In this document: positions 1-9,790 of the stretch, piece after piece
Numbering within the stretch: position 1 is the stretch's first letter
How the letters are laid out: each line of letters begins with the position of its first letter
Assembly: GCA_051003195.1 (NCBI GenBank)
Contig: JBPCLP010000047.1
Span: 149,745 to 213,744 of the forward strand
Length of the DNA stretch: 64,000 bases
Direction of reading: 5' to 3'
Source: Candidatus Sumerlaeaceae bacterium
GTDB taxonomy: Bacteria; Sumerlaeota; Sumerlaeia; Sumerlaeales; Sumerlaeaceae
Notes under the pieces: generated by a model
Seen by the model: the letters and a program-made list of their open reading frames with translations, nothing else
Database searches by the model: none
Told to the model about the DNA's origin: nothing
Translations under genes and position numbers: made by a program

Positions 1-411
1 CAGCTGCTTGCCCGATCCAACCGCGCTGCTGCCCGCGGGCATCGATCCCCGGCGTACACGCACGGTTTCAAGGCGTGGGTAATCCTGGTCCATGCGGATT
101 CGCAGCGAGATGTATGTCTTATCATCGCGAAGCTGAACGTTATACCGGGGCCGGTGCTGCTTGATCAGTGTGTTCTCGAGCAGAAACGCATCTTTTTCGG
201 TCGCGGTGACAATCGTGTCGATCGTTACCACGTTCTTCACGAGGAACTGAACCGAGAACCGGGAGTCCCCGCTCTTGCCGAAGTAGTTGCGCACGCGGCT
301 GCGCAGGTTCGCCGCCTTGCCGACATAGATCACTTCAGCAGCGGCGTTTTTCATCAGGTAAACGCCGGGCGTGGTGGGCAGTTGTGCGATTACTTCAGTC
401 TCAATACTCAT
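1..411 (-). CDS. uvrC: Excinuclease ABC subunit C (UvrC), N-terminal GIY-YIG part; truncated by the window edge.
   Basis: I translated the minus strand myself: [44 protein letters not shown]...[23 protein letters not shown]. This is a canonical GIY-YIG/UvrC N-terminus. The ATG is at 409-411, an in-frame stop lies just upstream, and the frame stays open to position 1. It is absent from the ORF track because it runs off the window edge. Confidence 0.85.
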   Translation of the reverse strand, partial: MSIETEVIAQLPTTPGVYLMKNAAAEVIYVGKAANLRSRVRNYFGKSGDSRFSVQFLVKNVVTIDTIVTATEKDAFLLENTLIKQHRPRYNVQLRDDKTYISLRIRMDQDYPRLETVRVRRGSMPAGSSAVGSGKQL

Positions 412-456
412 GCGCGACTAACTACGTGCGCCACGCGAACTTCATGCAAGTCCGGT

Positions 457-1356
457 TCAGGCCCGGGCGTATTTGGCCGCCACTTGCACCGTCTGCACGT
501 GGATGTCGACGGTCTCCTGCACATGGCGGGCATACCCGCCGGCCGTGGTCGTCACCAGGGGAATGTTCCGCTTCGCCGCTTCGCCGATCACCACTTCATC
601 GCGTTGCTCGAGCCCGTGCATCGTGAGCCGGAGTGCTCCTAGTTGATCGTTAAAGTAGGGATCGGCGCCGGCGACATAGAAGACCAGCTCCGGCTTGTGC
701 TGTTCGTATATGTCCGGCACAGCTTCCTGCAAAGCTGCGAGGTACTCGTCGTCACCGGTGAAATCATCCAGGCCAATGTCCCAGTTGCTCCGCTGCTTCG
801 CTGGATAGTTGTTTTCTTGGTGGATGGAGAACGTAAAGACGTCGGCATCACCCCCGAAAATATGTGCGGTTCCGTTGCCCTGGTGTAAATCGCAATCGAT
901 AACTACCGCGCGGCGAATACGCTGCTCAGCCTGCATGGCGCGAATGCCGATCGCGATATCATTCAAATAGCAGAATCCTTCCGCATGGTCCGCAAAGGCA
1001 TGATGCCAGCCTCCTCCAAGGTGCGCGCATGTCTGTTCCGCTGACGTAACCGCGGTTCGACAGGCCTGGATGCTGCCGCCTGCGGCCAGCAGATACGCCT
1101 CGAGGATCTCTTCGGTTAGGGGAAGTTCGCTGCGGCGGGTTCTTGCCGTCATGCGATAGTTAAGGAGATCGTCCAGGTATTCGGCCGTATGTACGCGTGT
1201 CAGTTCTTCACGTGTTGCCGGTGTGGGTGCCACGACATCGCCTTGCAGAATTGACCCGTCGCGAAGCAGCTTCTCGAGAGCCAGGCGATACTTCGCCGTA
1301 ACAAACACGTGCGTCCCGATATCAGCTTCGTATTTGGGAGAGTAGATCAGCTTCAT
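457..1356 (-). CDS. Histone deacetylase-family protein (AcuC/HDAC-like deacetylase).
   Basis: 299 aa. It carries the HDAC signature GGGWHHAFADHAEGFCYLNDIAI and the D..H..D metal-binding context. Confidence 0.8.
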   Translation of the reverse strand: MKLIYSPKYEADIGTHVFVTAKYRLALEKLLRDGSILQGDVVAPTPATREELTRVHTAEYLDDLLNYRMTARTRRSELPLTEEILEAYLLAAGGSIQACRTAVTSAEQTCAHLGGGWHHAFADHAEGFCYLNDIAIGIRAMQAEQRIRRAVVIDCDLHQGNGTAHIFGGDADVFTFSIHQENNYPAKQRSNWDIGLDDFTGDDEYLAALQEAVPDIYEQHKPELVFYVAGADPYFNDQLGALRLTMHGLEQRDEVVIGEAAKRNIPLVTTTAGGYARHVQETVDIHVQTVQVAAKYARA

Positions 1357-1375
1357 GCGGAAGCTCCAACTATCG

Positions 1376-2752
1376 TCAGACCGTCAGGCGTTTTGACAAT
1401 CCGGCAGCGACTTTCCAGATGTCGCCAGCTCCGAGTGTAATCACCAGGTCGTCGGGCTTCATCATACCGGCAACGTACTCTTCCACGCTGTCCAGCCCCT
1501 GCACGAAGTGAACCGCGGGATGATTATTGCGCCGCAATCCATCGACGATCAATTCTGAGGTGACGTGGGGGATCGGGTCTTCACCTGCACCGTAGATGTC
1601 CGTAATTACCACCTCGTCTGCGTTGGTAAAGCATGCGCCGAATTGTTCGGCAAGCGACTTGGTGCGGCTGTACCGGTGTGGTTGAAAGATACCGATGATA
1701 CGCTTGTCATGCGATTCGCGAGCCGCGGAGAGGGTCGCGCGTATTTCGCTGGGATGATGCGCATAGTCGTCCACAACCGTGTAGTGCTCATTGCGGCCGA
1801 TAATTTCGAAGCGCCGCTGCACACCGCGAAACTCGTGCAGGCCTTCGGCGATTTTGTCGAACGGGATTTCCAGCCGTATTCCAACCGCAACCGCGGACAG
1901 GCAATTCTGCACGTTATGCTTTCCGGGGACCTGCAGTGTCACGTGCCCAAGGAGCTTACCAAAATGGTGGACGTCGAAGCTGCTGCCCATCCCCTGGAAC
2001 TTGAGATTATGCGCCGTGAGGTCCGCGCCTTCGCGAAGGCCATAGGAAACGAACTCGCGATCAAAGCCGATGGAATGGCCGACCAGGCGGCTCGCCCCGG
2101 CGTCATCGCTGCAATAGATGGTCAATCCGCCGGGACGAACATTTTGCACGTGCTGCGCGAAGATTTCATGCAGGTGCGTCGTGTCCCTGTAGTAGTCCAT
2201 GTGGTCGAGTTCGATGTTCGTCAAAATCGCGATTTCCGGGTGGTACTCGACCAGGGAACCATCGCTTTCGTCGGCCTCGATCACAAACCATTCGGTACCC
2301 CCACTGCGCGCATTATCGGCGAAAGTGTTTACGATGCCACCGATCACGAAGGACGGGTTCAATCCGGCGGAGTTAATCATCGTCGCTACCATGGATGAAG
2401 TGGTAGTTTTTCCGTGCGTGCCCGCAACAGTGATGCCGCGATGCGCATTCACCAGTTGCGCGAGCTTCTTGCTGCGGTGGAGAACAGGAATCCGCTGTTC
2501 GTAAGCCGCCTGCACCTCCGGGTTATCCGGCCGAATGGCTGTGCTCGTCACTACTTCCCGTGCATTTTGAATGTTTTCCGGGGCATGGCCGATAAAAATG
2601 GGGATTCCTACGTCGCGCAACGCTTTGACGTTGGCAGACTCCTTGGAGTCTGATCCGCTGACAGCCTCGCCATTCGAGTGCAGCAGTCGGGCAATTCCGC
2701 TCATTCCTATCCCGCCGATACCCACAAAATGAACGGTTTTTACATCAGCCAT
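1376..2752 (-). CDS. murC: UDP-N-acetylmuramate--L-alanine ligase.
   Basis: 458 aa. N-terminal VHFVGIGGIGMSGIA, the Mur ligase P-loop GTHGKTTTS, and overall MurC length and architecture. Confidence 0.9.
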   Translation of the reverse strand: MADVKTVHFVGIGGIGMSGIARLLHSNGEAVSGSDSKESANVKALRDVGIPIFIGHAPENIQNAREVVTSTAIRPDNPEVQAAYEQRIPVLHRSKKLAQLVNAHRGITVAGTHGKTTTSSMVATMINSAGLNPSFVIGGIVNTFADNARSGGTEWFVIEADESDGSLVEYHPEIAILTNIELDHMDYYRDTTHLHEIFAQHVQNVRPGGLTIYCSDDAGASRLVGHSIGFDREFVSYGLREGADLTAHNLKFQGMGSSFDVHHFGKLLGHVTLQVPGKHNVQNCLSAVAVGIRLEIPFDKIAEGLHEFRGVQRRFEIIGRNEHYTVVDDYAHHPSEIRATLSAARESHDKRIIGIFQPHRYSRTKSLAEQFGACFTNADEVVITDIYGAGEDPIPHVTSELIVDGLRRNNHPAVHFVQGLDSVEEYVAGMMKPDDLVITLGAGDIWKVAAGLSKRLTV

Positions 2753-2934
2753 GCTCGTCCCCTATTTCCACAGTGAGTGCAAATGACCCGCGTCAGCAAC
2801 ATGAACCCGGGACCAGGCAAATTGGAATTCACCTATTAGCAATTTTTATGGCTACCCGCAGCAAGCCTAAAAAATTTCTGCGTTAGCAATTTATCCGGCT
2901 GTTTAGCCGGGCTCTTTTTTGCACATCAGCGGCC

Positions 2935-4062
2935 TCAGCTCGCGTGCCTGGCCTTCACGAGCCGGCTCAGACGCTCGCTGAGACCGTCCACGTGCTGCGC
3001 CCAGGTATGTTGTCCCGCCACTGTGCTTGCATGATTCGAAAAACCTGCCCGGGCTTGTGGATAGGCGACGAGTCGCACAATCGCCTCACGAATCGCTGCT
3101 ACATTACCCACTGGAACAAGAAGAGCAGATCTGCCATTTTCGACGGCTTCAGGCACTCCGCCCCAATCGGAACCGATGCAGGGCAGTCCGGCTGCCTGTG
3201 CTTCGAGGAAGGAAATGCCGAAGCTTTCCAGGAAATCTCCCTCGGGCTGGCTGGGCTGGACGTACACATCTGCTGCGCAAAAGTACGATGGTACCACTTC
3301 GTGCGCCACTGGCCCGGTAAAAATGACGCGACCGCTCAATCCAAGACTGGTCGCCAGCGTTTCGAACTCCTTCGCATCCGGCCCGCCGCCCGCGATCACG
3401 TAAATCCAATGCAATTCTGGTCGGGCGGCGAGTACTTCTTCCAGCGCCTGAAGCACGAGGTGAATGCCCTTCCCTTTGGTCAAACGGCAGACCGATAGCA
3501 GGACTGTTGGCTGGGCACCGTCCGGCCGTGAGATAAGCCAGTTCTCGCGTAAATGCACTGCCAGCTTTCGCGCCTCAGGTGAACTGAATTTGCCAGGATC
3601 AACACCAGGTGATAGCACCTCCGCTTCGGTTCCAGGAAAGTGTTTGGCCAGCAGATTGGCGGTATTGCGTGAATTTGCTACCACAAGTGCAGCACTGTCG
3701 ATCAGGCGTGCGAGTATTGTCCTGCGGATGCTGCTTCGCAGTTCCGTTTGGATTTCTGTGCCATGGAAATAGATGCCATAGGGAATTCGAGCCGCGCTGC
3801 AGCACAGGTATACTGGTAAGCCGTATCCGCGATAAGTTGGCGTCCAGACTACGTCCGGTTTAAACCCGCGGATTGTTTTCGAAAGTTGAAGCGTCAGCGG
3901 CAGCAGACGCAAAATTGCACGTGCGCCTACCCGCTTGCGGTGAATCTCAATATTGGGCTGAGGCGATTCTTCTTCCCCGGGCACACAAGCGAGCGCTTCG
4001 ACATGCACGGTGTGGCCCAGTTGTGACAGGCCGATTGCCTGTTCACGTGCCAGGGTGGCCAC
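2935..4062 (-). CDS. Glycosyltransferase, family 4 (GT-B, GT1 domain).
   Basis: 375 aa. C-terminal EGFG-like motif ESFGISFLEAQAAGLPCIGSD, typical of GT4 enzymes. Confidence 0.75.
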   Translation of the reverse strand: MATLAREQAIGLSQLGHTVHVEALACVPGEEESPQPNIEIHRKRVGARAILRLLPLTLQLSKTIRGFKPDVVWTPTYRGYGLPVYLCCSAARIPYGIYFHGTEIQTELRSSIRRTILARLIDSAALVVANSRNTANLLAKHFPGTEAEVLSPGVDPGKFSSPEARKLAVHLRENWLISRPDGAQPTVLLSVCRLTKGKGIHLVLQALEEVLAARPELHWIYVIAGGGPDAKEFETLATSLGLSGRVIFTGPVAHEVVPSYFCAADVYVQPSQPEGDFLESFGISFLEAQAAGLPCIGSDWGGVPEAVENGRSALLVPVGNVAAIREAIVRLVAYPQARAGFSNHASTVAGQHTWAQHVDGLSERLSRLVKARHAS

Positions 4063-4128
4063 CCCCCCCGGCTGCGGGGGAAATTCAGTCGTTGGGATCA
4101 GGATTTTAATAGTGGAACTGATCGCAGA

Positions 4129-4368
4129 CTACGACTGCTGTGGCACACTGCTCGACTCCATTTCCGCCTCGTCTTCGATAGCGGCGAATGCATGCGTGTT
4201 ATAAATTTCCGTATAGCCACACAGAGTGCATGAGAGCAGAATGTACTTGTCGGCACCAAGATTGAGCAGGGTAGGCAATCCACCGAGCGCCACCGTTCGC
4301 GCAACCGCCCTACGGCCCCGGCATTTAGCACAGCAGAACTGCTCGGTCAGCAATGTCTCGGGATCCAA
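4129..4368 (-). CDS. Small zinc-ribbon domain protein (two CxxC pairs).
   Basis: 79 aa. CCAKC and CTLCGY are spaced as in a zinc ribbon. No other motif is recognisable. Confidence 0.4.
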   Translation of the reverse strand: MDPETLLTEQFCCAKCRGRRAVARTVALGGLPTLLNLGADKYILLSCTLCGYTEIYNTHAFAAIEDEAEMESSSVPQQS

Positions 4369-4522
4369 AATAGCCCCCTGTCAGCCGCGGTTTGTCCGTC
4401 CAGAATTTCTCATAAAGCCATGGTGAACAGCCATTTGGGCGGGGCGCAAGTTTTTTAAGGCATCCAGTGGCCTGGCTCAATTATATATTGCGGTTCGCCG
4501 GAGCCGCGAGTACAGATCGAAC

Positions 4523-5074
4523 ATGCCTAAGCGTATATTTACACTTCGTAGCTTCACCGCAAACCTGACGGTAGCTATCGTCTGTTTCGGATTTCTTGTC
4601 GCGTGCGACCAGGATATTGAAATTAACCCCGAGTTCTCAGTTAACATTTTCAAGCCGGGACCCAAGTGGCCGAATGTCAAGAAGCTTGCCGCGGAGCAGC
4701 GCGAGGCGTATGAAAAATTCGGCAAGCCAGATTGCTTCCACGTTTACTGGTCGCCCACGGGTGAAATTATGCCCCGCAGAGAGCTTGAGAAGCAGTTGAA
4801 GGGGAAAAAGCCCAAAACTGTGCCGCCATTCTCGTGGGTATATTTGCGAACCAATAAGGAAGTTGTTTTTCCTGGCGGCGGGCGTGCTAACGAGCAGCCA
4901 CTGCCGGAGACAGTTCGCATTGTTGCAGAGAATGGCGATCCGGAAGATGTAAGCCAGGAAGGTGGCGGCATTACACAATGGATGTTCTACAGCACCGGAA
5001 AGATTTACAAGATATCGCAGGGACGCGTAATTGAGCGGAAAGAGTTTCCCGCGATGGGCAGATACATAAAGTAG
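4523..5074 (+). CDS. Putative lipoprotein (hypothetical).
   Basis: 183 aa. N-terminal signal peptide followed by a lipobox-like LVAC. No catalytic motifs. Confidence 0.5.
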   Translation: MPKRIFTLRSFTANLTVAIVCFGFLVACDQDIEINPEFSVNIFKPGPKWPNVKKLAAEQREAYEKFGKPDCFHVYWSPTGEIMPRRELEKQLKGKKPKTVPPFSWVYLRTNKEVVFPGGGRANEQPLPETVRIVAENGDPEDVSQEGGGITQWMFYSTGKIYKISQGRVIERKEFPAMGRYIK

Positions 5075-5076
5075 TT

Positions 5077-5571
5077 ATGGCCGCCCAAAACCGCAACAGT
5101 CGGGCAGATCGACGCCGGCGCAATGACTCTGCCAGAACTGCCCGTGATGAACGCCGCAGGTCCACACCGTTGACCGACGTGTTGATTCGTTCCCAGCAGA
5201 TCGGCGAAGAACTGCAGCTCTTCGTCGGAAGCCCGCTCACTGCGGACAACTGCGCTGCCGCCCGCACTGCCATCCAGAAGCACAGCACGCGTTCGAATGC
5301 GCCAGTTGTCGTGGTCGATCTGGAAAAATGTGCTTACATGGACACGCCGGGGCTGAGCCTGCTGTTCGAACTGCGCAAAACCTCGCAGGAACTCGGCCGC
5401 ACTGCGATTTTACAGAACCCCAGCAGGGCGGTTCAGCGAATCCTCAACATCACCCAGATGCATCGTGTGTTTCAGATTCGCCAGACGAGCGTTGACCTGG
5501 AGCGAATTCCTTCGGCTAAGCCAGTGGTAAATGCGGCCGATATGGACACCGTTATACTACCAAAGCCATGA
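5077..5571 (+). CDS. STAS-domain protein (anti-sigma-factor antagonist-like) with an Arg-rich N-terminal extension.
   Basis: 164 aa. The STAS core reads VVVVDLEKCAYMDTPGLSLLFELRK...ILQNPSRAVQRILNITQM. The stop overlaps the thpR start as ATGA. The true start may lie downstream of the annotated first codon. Confidence 0.6.
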   Translation: MAAQNRNSRADRRRRNDSARTARDERRRSTPLTDVLIRSQQIGEELQLFVGSPLTADNCAAARTAIQKHSTRSNAPVVVVDLEKCAYMDTPGLSLLFELRKTSQELGRTAILQNPSRAVQRILNITQMHRVFQIRQTSVDLERIPSAKPVVNAADMDTVILPKP

Positions 5572-6188
5572 GTGTTCCAGGTCCGGAAGCGCTCCGTTTA
5601 TTCACCGCGATCGATCTCCCGCCCGAGTCCAAAGCGCAACTGGTTGAGCTGCTGCAGCGTCTGCAAAAGGGCATGCAGTTTACAGGCGCACATCCAACCT
5701 GGGTGACCTCTGAAAATCTGCACATTACACTGGCCTTCCTTGGAAACCAGAACCCCGACCAGGTGCCAATCATTGAAAACGCAATGCGCGCGGCTACTGG
5801 CGTGACAAGGCCGTTCGAACTCCGTCTGAGTGGGCTGGAGCTATTTCCCACACCGCGGGAGCCGCGCGTTATTAGCGTGGCGATAAAAGGCGAAGTTGAG
5901 CGGCTGAACAACGTTTACGTTGCATTAACGGACGGTTTGCGCTCCTCTGGATTTCAAATCGACAAGCGGCCGTTCCGCGCACACCTTACAGTTGCTCGTA
6001 TCAAGTCGGTCAAGGGCCTTGCCGGCTTGCGCAGTGTGGTCAATAGCCACGCGAATTATATCGGTACCCAGTTTATTGCGCAAGCCACTACATTGTACAA
6101 GAGCACCCTCACACCAGCAGGATCGATTTATGAGCCCCTGTGCAGCATCCCGTTGTCCGAAACAGAACCCAGTGTGCCGAATCAGTAG
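5568..6188 (+). CDS. thpR: RNA 2',3'-cyclic phosphodiesterase (2H phosphoesterase, LigT/ThpR).
   Basis: 206 aa. Two H-x-T/S-x motifs (HITLAFLG and HLTVAR) typical of the 2H family. Confidence 0.8.
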   Translation: MSVPGPEALRLFTAIDLPPESKAQLVELLQRLQKGMQFTGAHPTWVTSENLHITLAFLGNQNPDQVPIIENAMRAATGVTRPFELRLSGLELFPTPREPRVISVAIKGEVERLNNVYVALTDGLRSSGFQIDKRPFRAHLTVARIKSVKGLAGLRSVVNSHANYIGTQFIAQATTLYKSTLTPAGSIYEPLCSIPLSETEPSVPNQ

Positions 6189-6262
6189 TTCATTACCAGA
6201 CCAAAGGGCAGACTTAACCTCGATTCGGCACACAGAACCTATTACAACTAACGGTAGATCAC
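6172..6262. repeat. REP-like hairpin element (family 2), copy A, filling the 75-bp gap between the convergent thpR and PBP1A genes.
   Basis: gtgccgaatc (6174-6183) and gattcggcac (6222-6231), a perfect 10-bp inverted repeat. The 5' arm overlaps the last thpR codons and its TAG stop at 6186-6188. Confidence 0.8.
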
Positions 6263-6263
6263 A

Positions 6264-8747
6264 TTACCGATACATAGACTGCTGCTGATTCGCGTACGGC
6301 TGCTGCTGCGGATTGAGCGGCGGCCCCGGCTGTCCAATAGACCCGCCGTAACCGACTTCGTACCTGCTTTCCGGATCTTCAACCTGCCCCTCACCTGACG
6401 CAATCGACATTCCGCCGTGGTAGTCGCACGATCCGTTCGGCGCAGTGCCTTTCCGGAAGGGGGTATTTTTAAACTTCATGTCTTCACTGGCATAGCAAGC
6501 GCCGGTTAGACGCTCGCCGCTCCTGCCGCACATATCGCGGAATTCCACACCCGGCGGAACCTCGAATTTTAACTTCCAATCGTTGCGCGTATGCAGGACG
6601 CGGTCCATAATGGAAACCCAGATCGGCCCCACGACTTTGCCGCCGGTCATCTTCGCTCCCAGCGAGCGGTGCTGGTCGTATCCTGCATAAATCGCCAGGA
6701 CGAGGTCCGGCGTAAAACCACAGAACCACGCCACAAAGCAGTCGTTGGTCGTTCCAGTTTTACCGCCAATCTCCGGAAGCTTACGCCCAGCGGCAATCTG
6801 CTCCTGTTGCCATTTGCCAATAGAGGCTTTCGCCGTGCCCTGGATCGGCACCTCCTGCAGAATCCGGCACATCATATATGCAGACTCTGCCGAAATCACG
6901 CGGTACTGCTCGGGCTTGTAAATGCGCGAATCGCTGGAGCTCTTGGAACTGAACAGCCGCTTGATTGGCGCAGGAGTAATGCCAATTCCACCATTCGGGA
7001 AAATCATATAAGAAGCGGCGAGTTCCAGGGGGGTAATGTTTGGAGTGCCGAGACACATCGGCGGATATGGATCGAGTTTCCAGTTGGATGGCCGTGTGAC
7101 TACGTTAAACGAGTTATATATGTCCACAGCCCGCTTGGTACCCACGTCCATGAATAGCTTCACAGTCGGGATATTGCGCGACTCTACCAGCGCCATGAAC
7201 AGCGTCAACTGCCCCTTGTAGTGGGGCTCGTAGTTCTTCGGCGACCATTCTCCCACCGAGTACGGCTCGTCGACAAGGATGCTTCCCGGCGCGAAACGGG
7301 GTTTGCCCGCCGGATCCATAAGATCTAGCGCACCGCCATACAGCAGCGGCTTCCAGCAACTGCCAGGCTGACGTCCGCCTTGAAAGGCGCGGTTAAACTG
7401 GCCGTTGTTCACGGGATCATTACGATCGTCGCCGCCGACCAGCGCGACAATTTCACCGGTATGCACATCCAATAACACTGCTGCGCCTTGCACATGTGTT
7501 TTGTCGTAAAGGTATGCCTCTATTTTGCCTTTTGTACTGATGTTCGCGATGTAAATGTCGATCAGGTTACCTTTACGAATGACCTTCTCCGGCTCAAAGT
7601 AAGGCAGTTTGTCTGGTAATGGAACTTCGACTTTCTGGCCCCCGATGTTCACAATGATCGACTGCTCTTTTACGTCAGTGATACGTACAAGCCGCGCCTG
7701 GCCTTTTCGAAGGCCGCCGAGTTCGCCGCTCTCGATCGCCTGCCGGGCTTCCTTTTGCTCTTCGATCATCACCTCGACTTTTCGCAGTCCCTTGCTAAGC
7801 TCTTCCTCGCAAATTTTCTGCAGGTTAAGGTCGACCGTAGAAATAATCTGGTAGCCCTTGGCGCCCAGTTCATTGGCTGCCTGCATCGAATTGTCCTTCA
7901 TGAGGAGGGCACTTACGTAATCGACGAAGTACGGAGCCTCGGTTTTGGGACGCGGCGCCGGGTTGACTTCGATCGGCGTAGCCTGGTACTGCTTCAGGGT
8001 GGCGTCGTCTTTAATCACGAAGTTGTTTTTGCGCATGTTGAAAAGCACGAGGTTGCGCCGCTCGCGTGACTTCTCCTTGTTCGCCAATGGCGAAAGCTGA
8101 CTGGGCGCCTTTGGCAAACCAGCCAGTAGCGCGCCCTCCTCAATCGTGAGGTCTTTCACGTCTTTATTAAAGTACGCCTTGGAGGCTTCCTGGATGCCGT
8201 ACGCGCGCGCCCCGAAGAAGATGTGATTCAGATAAAATTCGAGAATCTGGTTCTTGGAATAGTTGCGCTCGATCTGCAGCGCGATAAAGAGTTCCTTGAA
8301 CTTACGCTTCCAGTTTTTAGTCAGGTCCTCAAGCACCACGTTGCGTGCAACCTGCATGGTAATCGTGCTCGCCCCCTGTGTTTTGCCGCCGGCCTGCACG
8401 TTCGTTCTCAATGCACGCAGCACGCCTTTGAGATCGACCCCGAAGTGCCGGTAAAACCGCTCGTCCTCAATCGCGAGAAACGCCTTGAGCACGTGGTCCG
8501 GAATATCGTCGATGCGCACCAGTTCGCGACGGTCGGTGAAAAACTCCCCGATCTGCCGATTTCCTGTGCGGTCGTACACGCGTGAGATCTCGGGAGGATT
8601 GTAGTGGTCCAGCACGTTGATGGGCGGCAGGCTGTTAATGTATCCAATGATAGCGCCGAGCGTGAGTCCAGCGACCATAATGCCGATCATCAAGGCGATG
8701 CTGAATATGACGAACCATTTGCGGAGCACCGGATGCAGCGCCTTCAT
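6264..8747 (-). CDS. mrcA: Class A penicillin-binding protein (PBP1A; bifunctional transglycosylase/transpeptidase).
   Basis: 827 aa. N-terminal TM segment, the GT51 motifs EDERFYRHFG...GASTITMQVARN, a transpeptidase domain, and a Q-rich C-terminal tail. Confidence 0.9.
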   Translation of the reverse strand: MKALHPVLRKWFVIFSIALMIGIMVAGLTLGAIIGYINSLPPINVLDHYNPPEISRVYDRTGNRQIGEFFTDRRELVRIDDIPDHVLKAFLAIEDERFYRHFGVDLKGVLRALRTNVQAGGKTQGASTITMQVARNVVLEDLTKNWKRKFKELFIALQIERNYSKNQILEFYLNHIFFGARAYGIQEASKAYFNKDVKDLTIEEGALLAGLPKAPSQLSPLANKEKSRERRNLVLFNMRKNNFVIKDDATLKQYQATPIEVNPAPRPKTEAPYFVDYVSALLMKDNSMQAANELGAKGYQIISTVDLNLQKICEEELSKGLRKVEVMIEEQKEARQAIESGELGGLRKGQARLVRITDVKEQSIIVNIGGQKVEVPLPDKLPYFEPEKVIRKGNLIDIYIANISTKGKIEAYLYDKTHVQGAAVLLDVHTGEIVALVGGDDRNDPVNNGQFNRAFQGGRQPGSCWKPLLYGGALDLMDPAGKPRFAPGSILVDEPYSVGEWSPKNYEPHYKGQLTLFMALVESRNIPTVKLFMDVGTKRAVDIYNSFNVVTRPSNWKLDPYPPMCLGTPNITPLELAASYMIFPNGGIGITPAPIKRLFSSKSSSDSRIYKPEQYRVISAESAYMMCRILQEVPIQGTAKASIGKWQQEQIAAGRKLPEIGGKTGTTNDCFVAWFCGFTPDLVLAIYAGYDQHRSLGAKMTGGKVVGPIWVSIMDRVLHTRNDWKLKFEVPPGVEFRDMCGRSGERLTGACYASEDMKFKNTPFRKGTAPNGSCDYHGGMSIASGEGQVEDPESRYEVGYGGSIGQPGPPLNPQQQPYANQQQSMYR

Positions 8748-8979
8748 ACGCGTGGTTCCTTACTAGCCGGGGAGTGTTTGCTGAACGACATCAAGTTCCA
8801 ACCCTTTGATCAGTACCGTAAAGCAGGCAAATCGTTCCCGCATCTGGCGAAAATCATTCCCTGCGACAGCCTCCGCCAGGATCGCCTGATGGGTCTTCAA
8901 AACGTTACATAGAACTGGTTCCGGGACACGCAGCTGTCCAGAATGCGAACGTCTTCGAATATCGCGAAGAATCGCGGGG

Positions 8980-9729
8980 TCAGCTCTCTTTGTGAATCAG
9001 CGACTCGATAAGTCGCTGCTCGGCCGAGGACAGGCTGGGAAAGCAGCGCGTTATCAGATCGGGCCGGCGGTCCAGCGTCCTCTGGATTGCCTGCAATCGT
9101 CGCCACTCCTGGATGTTTTTGTGGTGGCCGCTCAAAAGAATTTCCGGTACATGCATCCCACCGAATTCCTCGGGCCGGGTGTAGTGCGGATGATCCAGCA
9201 GTCCCTCCGCAGAAAAAGAATCCTGTCGCACACTGTCTTCGTTACCCACCACACCAGGCACCAGGCGCGCCATCGTATCGATCAGAACCATCGCTGGAAG
9301 CTCTCCGCCCGTCAGCACATAGTCGCCGATGGAAATCTCACGATCCACGTAGAGTTCGCGTGCACGCTCGTCAATGCCCTCATAGTGTCCACACAGCAGG
9401 ATGATGCTGTCATGCTTTACGAGTTCCTCCGCCAGTTGTTGATTCCACACCTCCCCCTGTGGTGATAAATAAATACATAGGGGCCGGCTGGACGGATTTG
9501 ACTGGCGAATGGCTTCGACCGCGCCAGCAATGGGTTCTGGCTTCATCACCATACCCGGGCCGCCGCCGTAAGGCGCGTCGTCGGTCACGTGGTGCTTGTC
9601 GGTCGTGAAATCCCGGATATTGTGCACCACCACCTCAATCGCGCCGGCAGCCTGGCCACGCTTCAGAATGCTTGCATCCACGACTGGCGCGAACATTTCT
9701 GGAAATAAAGTGAGTATATCAAACTTCAT
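8980..9729 (-). CDS. trmD: tRNA (guanine37-N1)-methyltransferase.
   Basis: 249 aa. Begins MKFDILTLFPEMF, with the SPOUT-class motifs YGGGPGMVM and LCGHYEGIDER. Confidence 0.9.
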   Translation of the reverse strand: MKFDILTLFPEMFAPVVDASILKRGQAAGAIEVVVHNIRDFTTDKHHVTDDAPYGGGPGMVMKPEPIAGAVEAIRQSNPSSRPLCIYLSPQGEVWNQQLAEELVKHDSIILLCGHYEGIDERARELYVDREISIGDYVLTGGELPAMVLIDTMARLVPGVVGNEDSVRQDSFSAEGLLDHPHYTRPEEFGGMHVPEILLSGHHKNIQEWRRLQAIQRTLDRRPDLITRCFPSLSSAEQRLIESLIHKES

Positions 9730-9790
9730 GTTATTGCGTCGACCCGTGCAACTCCATTACATTTACTCTGTAACGGGTGCATAGGCGCGC

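Noticed and set aside
154-642. 162-aa plus-strand ORF at the window start
   Set aside because: It lies antisense to the uvrC N-terminus and the HDAC-like gene, both of which have clear family signatures.
1565-2398. Long antisense or alternative-frame ORFs inside well-supported genes (e.g. 1565-2398 in murC, 25088-25990 in leuS, 35457-36686 in the J/TPR gene, 39976-40818 in GH97, 48341-50836 in the cyclase gene, 28063-28716 and 28572-29501 in the amphipathic-protein array, 17462-18322)
   Set aside because: These are typical high-GC open-frame artefacts. Their translations are Arg/Ala/Pro-rich with low complexity and no motifs. Each fully overlaps a gene with a strong family signature on the other strand or frame.
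8897-9106. 69-aa ORF overlapping the 3' end of trmD
   Set aside because: It overlaps a confidently called gene. It has no RBS and no recognisable motif.
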